A DNA stretch of 64,000 nucleotides from positions 217,275 through 281,274 of the forward strand of contig CBDIHI010000009.1 of assembly GCA_965279075.1 (NCBI GenBank), written 5' to 3'. Numbering within the stretch: position 1 is the stretch's first letter; the number at the start of each line of letters is the position of its first letter. The DNA comes from Burkholderiales bacterium (lineage in GTDB: Bacteria > Pseudomonadota > Gammaproteobacteria > Burkholderiales > SG8-39). A model generated the notes under the pieces. The model had not been told where the DNA came from. It saw only the letters and a list, made by a program, of their open reading frames with translations, and searched no databases. The position numbers were made by a program, and so were the translations under genes. This document shows positions 63,397 to 64,000 of the stretch, one piece after another.

Positions 63397-63777
63397 GTGG
63401 GGGCGCGCATCCCCGTACACGTCGTGACCGGCCCGCGCGGCTCCGGCAAGACAGCGTTGATCGCGCGGTTCTGTGCTGGGCGCGACGACTGGCTCGGGCT
63501 GGTGGATGCGCTCCCGGACGAACCTCCCGCCGGCCTGAGGGCCTTCTCCGCCGGTTGCCCGTGCTGCACGGGCAAGGTCGTGCTGCAGGTTTCGCTGGCG
63601 CGCGGCCTGCGCGAGAGCCGCGCCACGCGCGCCTTTGTCGAGCTGCGCGATCCGGCGCACCGGGCGACGCTGGAAAGGCTGCTCGCCGAGTTGCCGCTCA
63701 GCCTGTCGGTCGTGCCGGGCCGCCCGATCGAGTTGCCCGCCGACGCGTCGCTCCAGGCGGCCACGCTGGAGGGGTAG
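63397..63777 (+). CDS. Miniature COG0523/CobW-like P-loop protein (126 aa) with a CxCC motif
   Basis: GTG at 63397 with GAGG 6 nt upstream. Third-position GC is high throughout. P-loop GPRGSGKT, GCPCCTGK (compare the GCICC metal motif of COG0523) and FVELRDPAH (compare IETTGLADP). There is no NKxD motif and no CobW C-terminal domain. Confidence 0.6.
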   Translation: MGARIPVHVVTGPRGSGKTALIARFCAGRDDWLGLVDALPDEPPAGLRAFSAGCPCCTGKVVLQVSLARGLRESRATRAFVELRDPAHRATLERLLAELPLSLSVVPGRPIELPADASLQAATLEG

Positions 63778-63844
63778 CGCCGAGGGCGTTGGCAGCCGGA
63801 GCGACGCTCGCTATCATTGCTGCGTCCGCGAAGAACCCCGAACC

Positions 63845-64000
63845 ATGCTGCTCCAGTTCGTCATCCTCTACCTGATCGTGTCGGTCGGCATCGGCCTGTA
63901 CGCCGCGACCAAGGTCAAGAACTCCGCCGACTTCGTGGTGGCTGGCCGCCATCTGCCGCTGCCCTTCATCGTCGCCACGGTGTTCGCCACCTGGTTCGGC
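63845..64000 (+). CDS. Sodium:solute symporter (SSS) family transporter, N-terminal fragment (runs off the window)
   Basis: ATG at 63845. MLLQFVILYLIVSVGIGLYAATKVKNSADFVVAGRHLPLPFIVATVFATWFG is a typical SSS N-terminus. Confidence 0.7.
   Translation, partial: MLLQFVILYLIVSVGIGLYAATKVKNSADFVVAGRHLPLPFIVATVFATWFG

Overview
GC-rich (roughly 65% by eye) proteobacterial chromosome segment spanning the replication-origin neighbourhood. Gene order and the Bug-family receptor suggest a betaproteobacterium, but that is inference only. The conserved core is rpmH-rnpA-yidD-yidC-mnmE (minus strand), dnaA-dnaN-gyrB (plus strand), mnmG-rsmG-parA-parB, the full atpIBEFHAGDC operon, topB-smg-dprA-LysM, and def-fmt-rsmB-DUF4390-ntrY-ntrX. 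Gene orientation flips at about 45.7-45.9 kb. Perfect DnaA boxes flank dnaA, and two near-consensus parS palindromes lie upstream of mnmG. Several metabolic or accessory blocks are interleaved with this core. (1) Bug receptor, azlCD, family-III CoA-transferase and malonyl-CoA decarboxylase. (2) A NitT/TauT-type ABC operon with an embedded amidohydrolase. (3) A tightly coupled ackA-glpD-HAD-TSUP operon directly behind the atp terminator. (4) A roughly 15.5 kb block between mnmG and mnmE holding an enolase-superfamily gene, a membrane Ser/Thr kinase with a Sel1 domain, a CitE-like lyase, a CoA-transferase, a membrane-anchored methyltransferase, a TAXI-TRAP transporter, a class-III aminotransferase, GTP-PEPCK and an AbrB-family membrane protein. 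I found no tRNA, rRNA, CRISPR array, transposase or integrase. No obvious defence or mobile system is present. The most unusual items are listed here. (a) A 15-bp tandem array that exactly fills the gap between two convergent genes, is open in both their frames, and is capped by palindromic CTAG stops. (b) The TAXI-TRAP / methyltransferase / CoA-transferase / lyase / aminotransferase cluster. (c) An NtrX-like regulator with a degenerate AAA+ core, followed by a 126-aa miniature COG0523-like P-loop/CxCC protein. (d) A recurring hairpin / U-tract / Shine-Dalgarno junction architecture. All functional calls come from reading the supplied translations against remembered family motifs. No database search was run.
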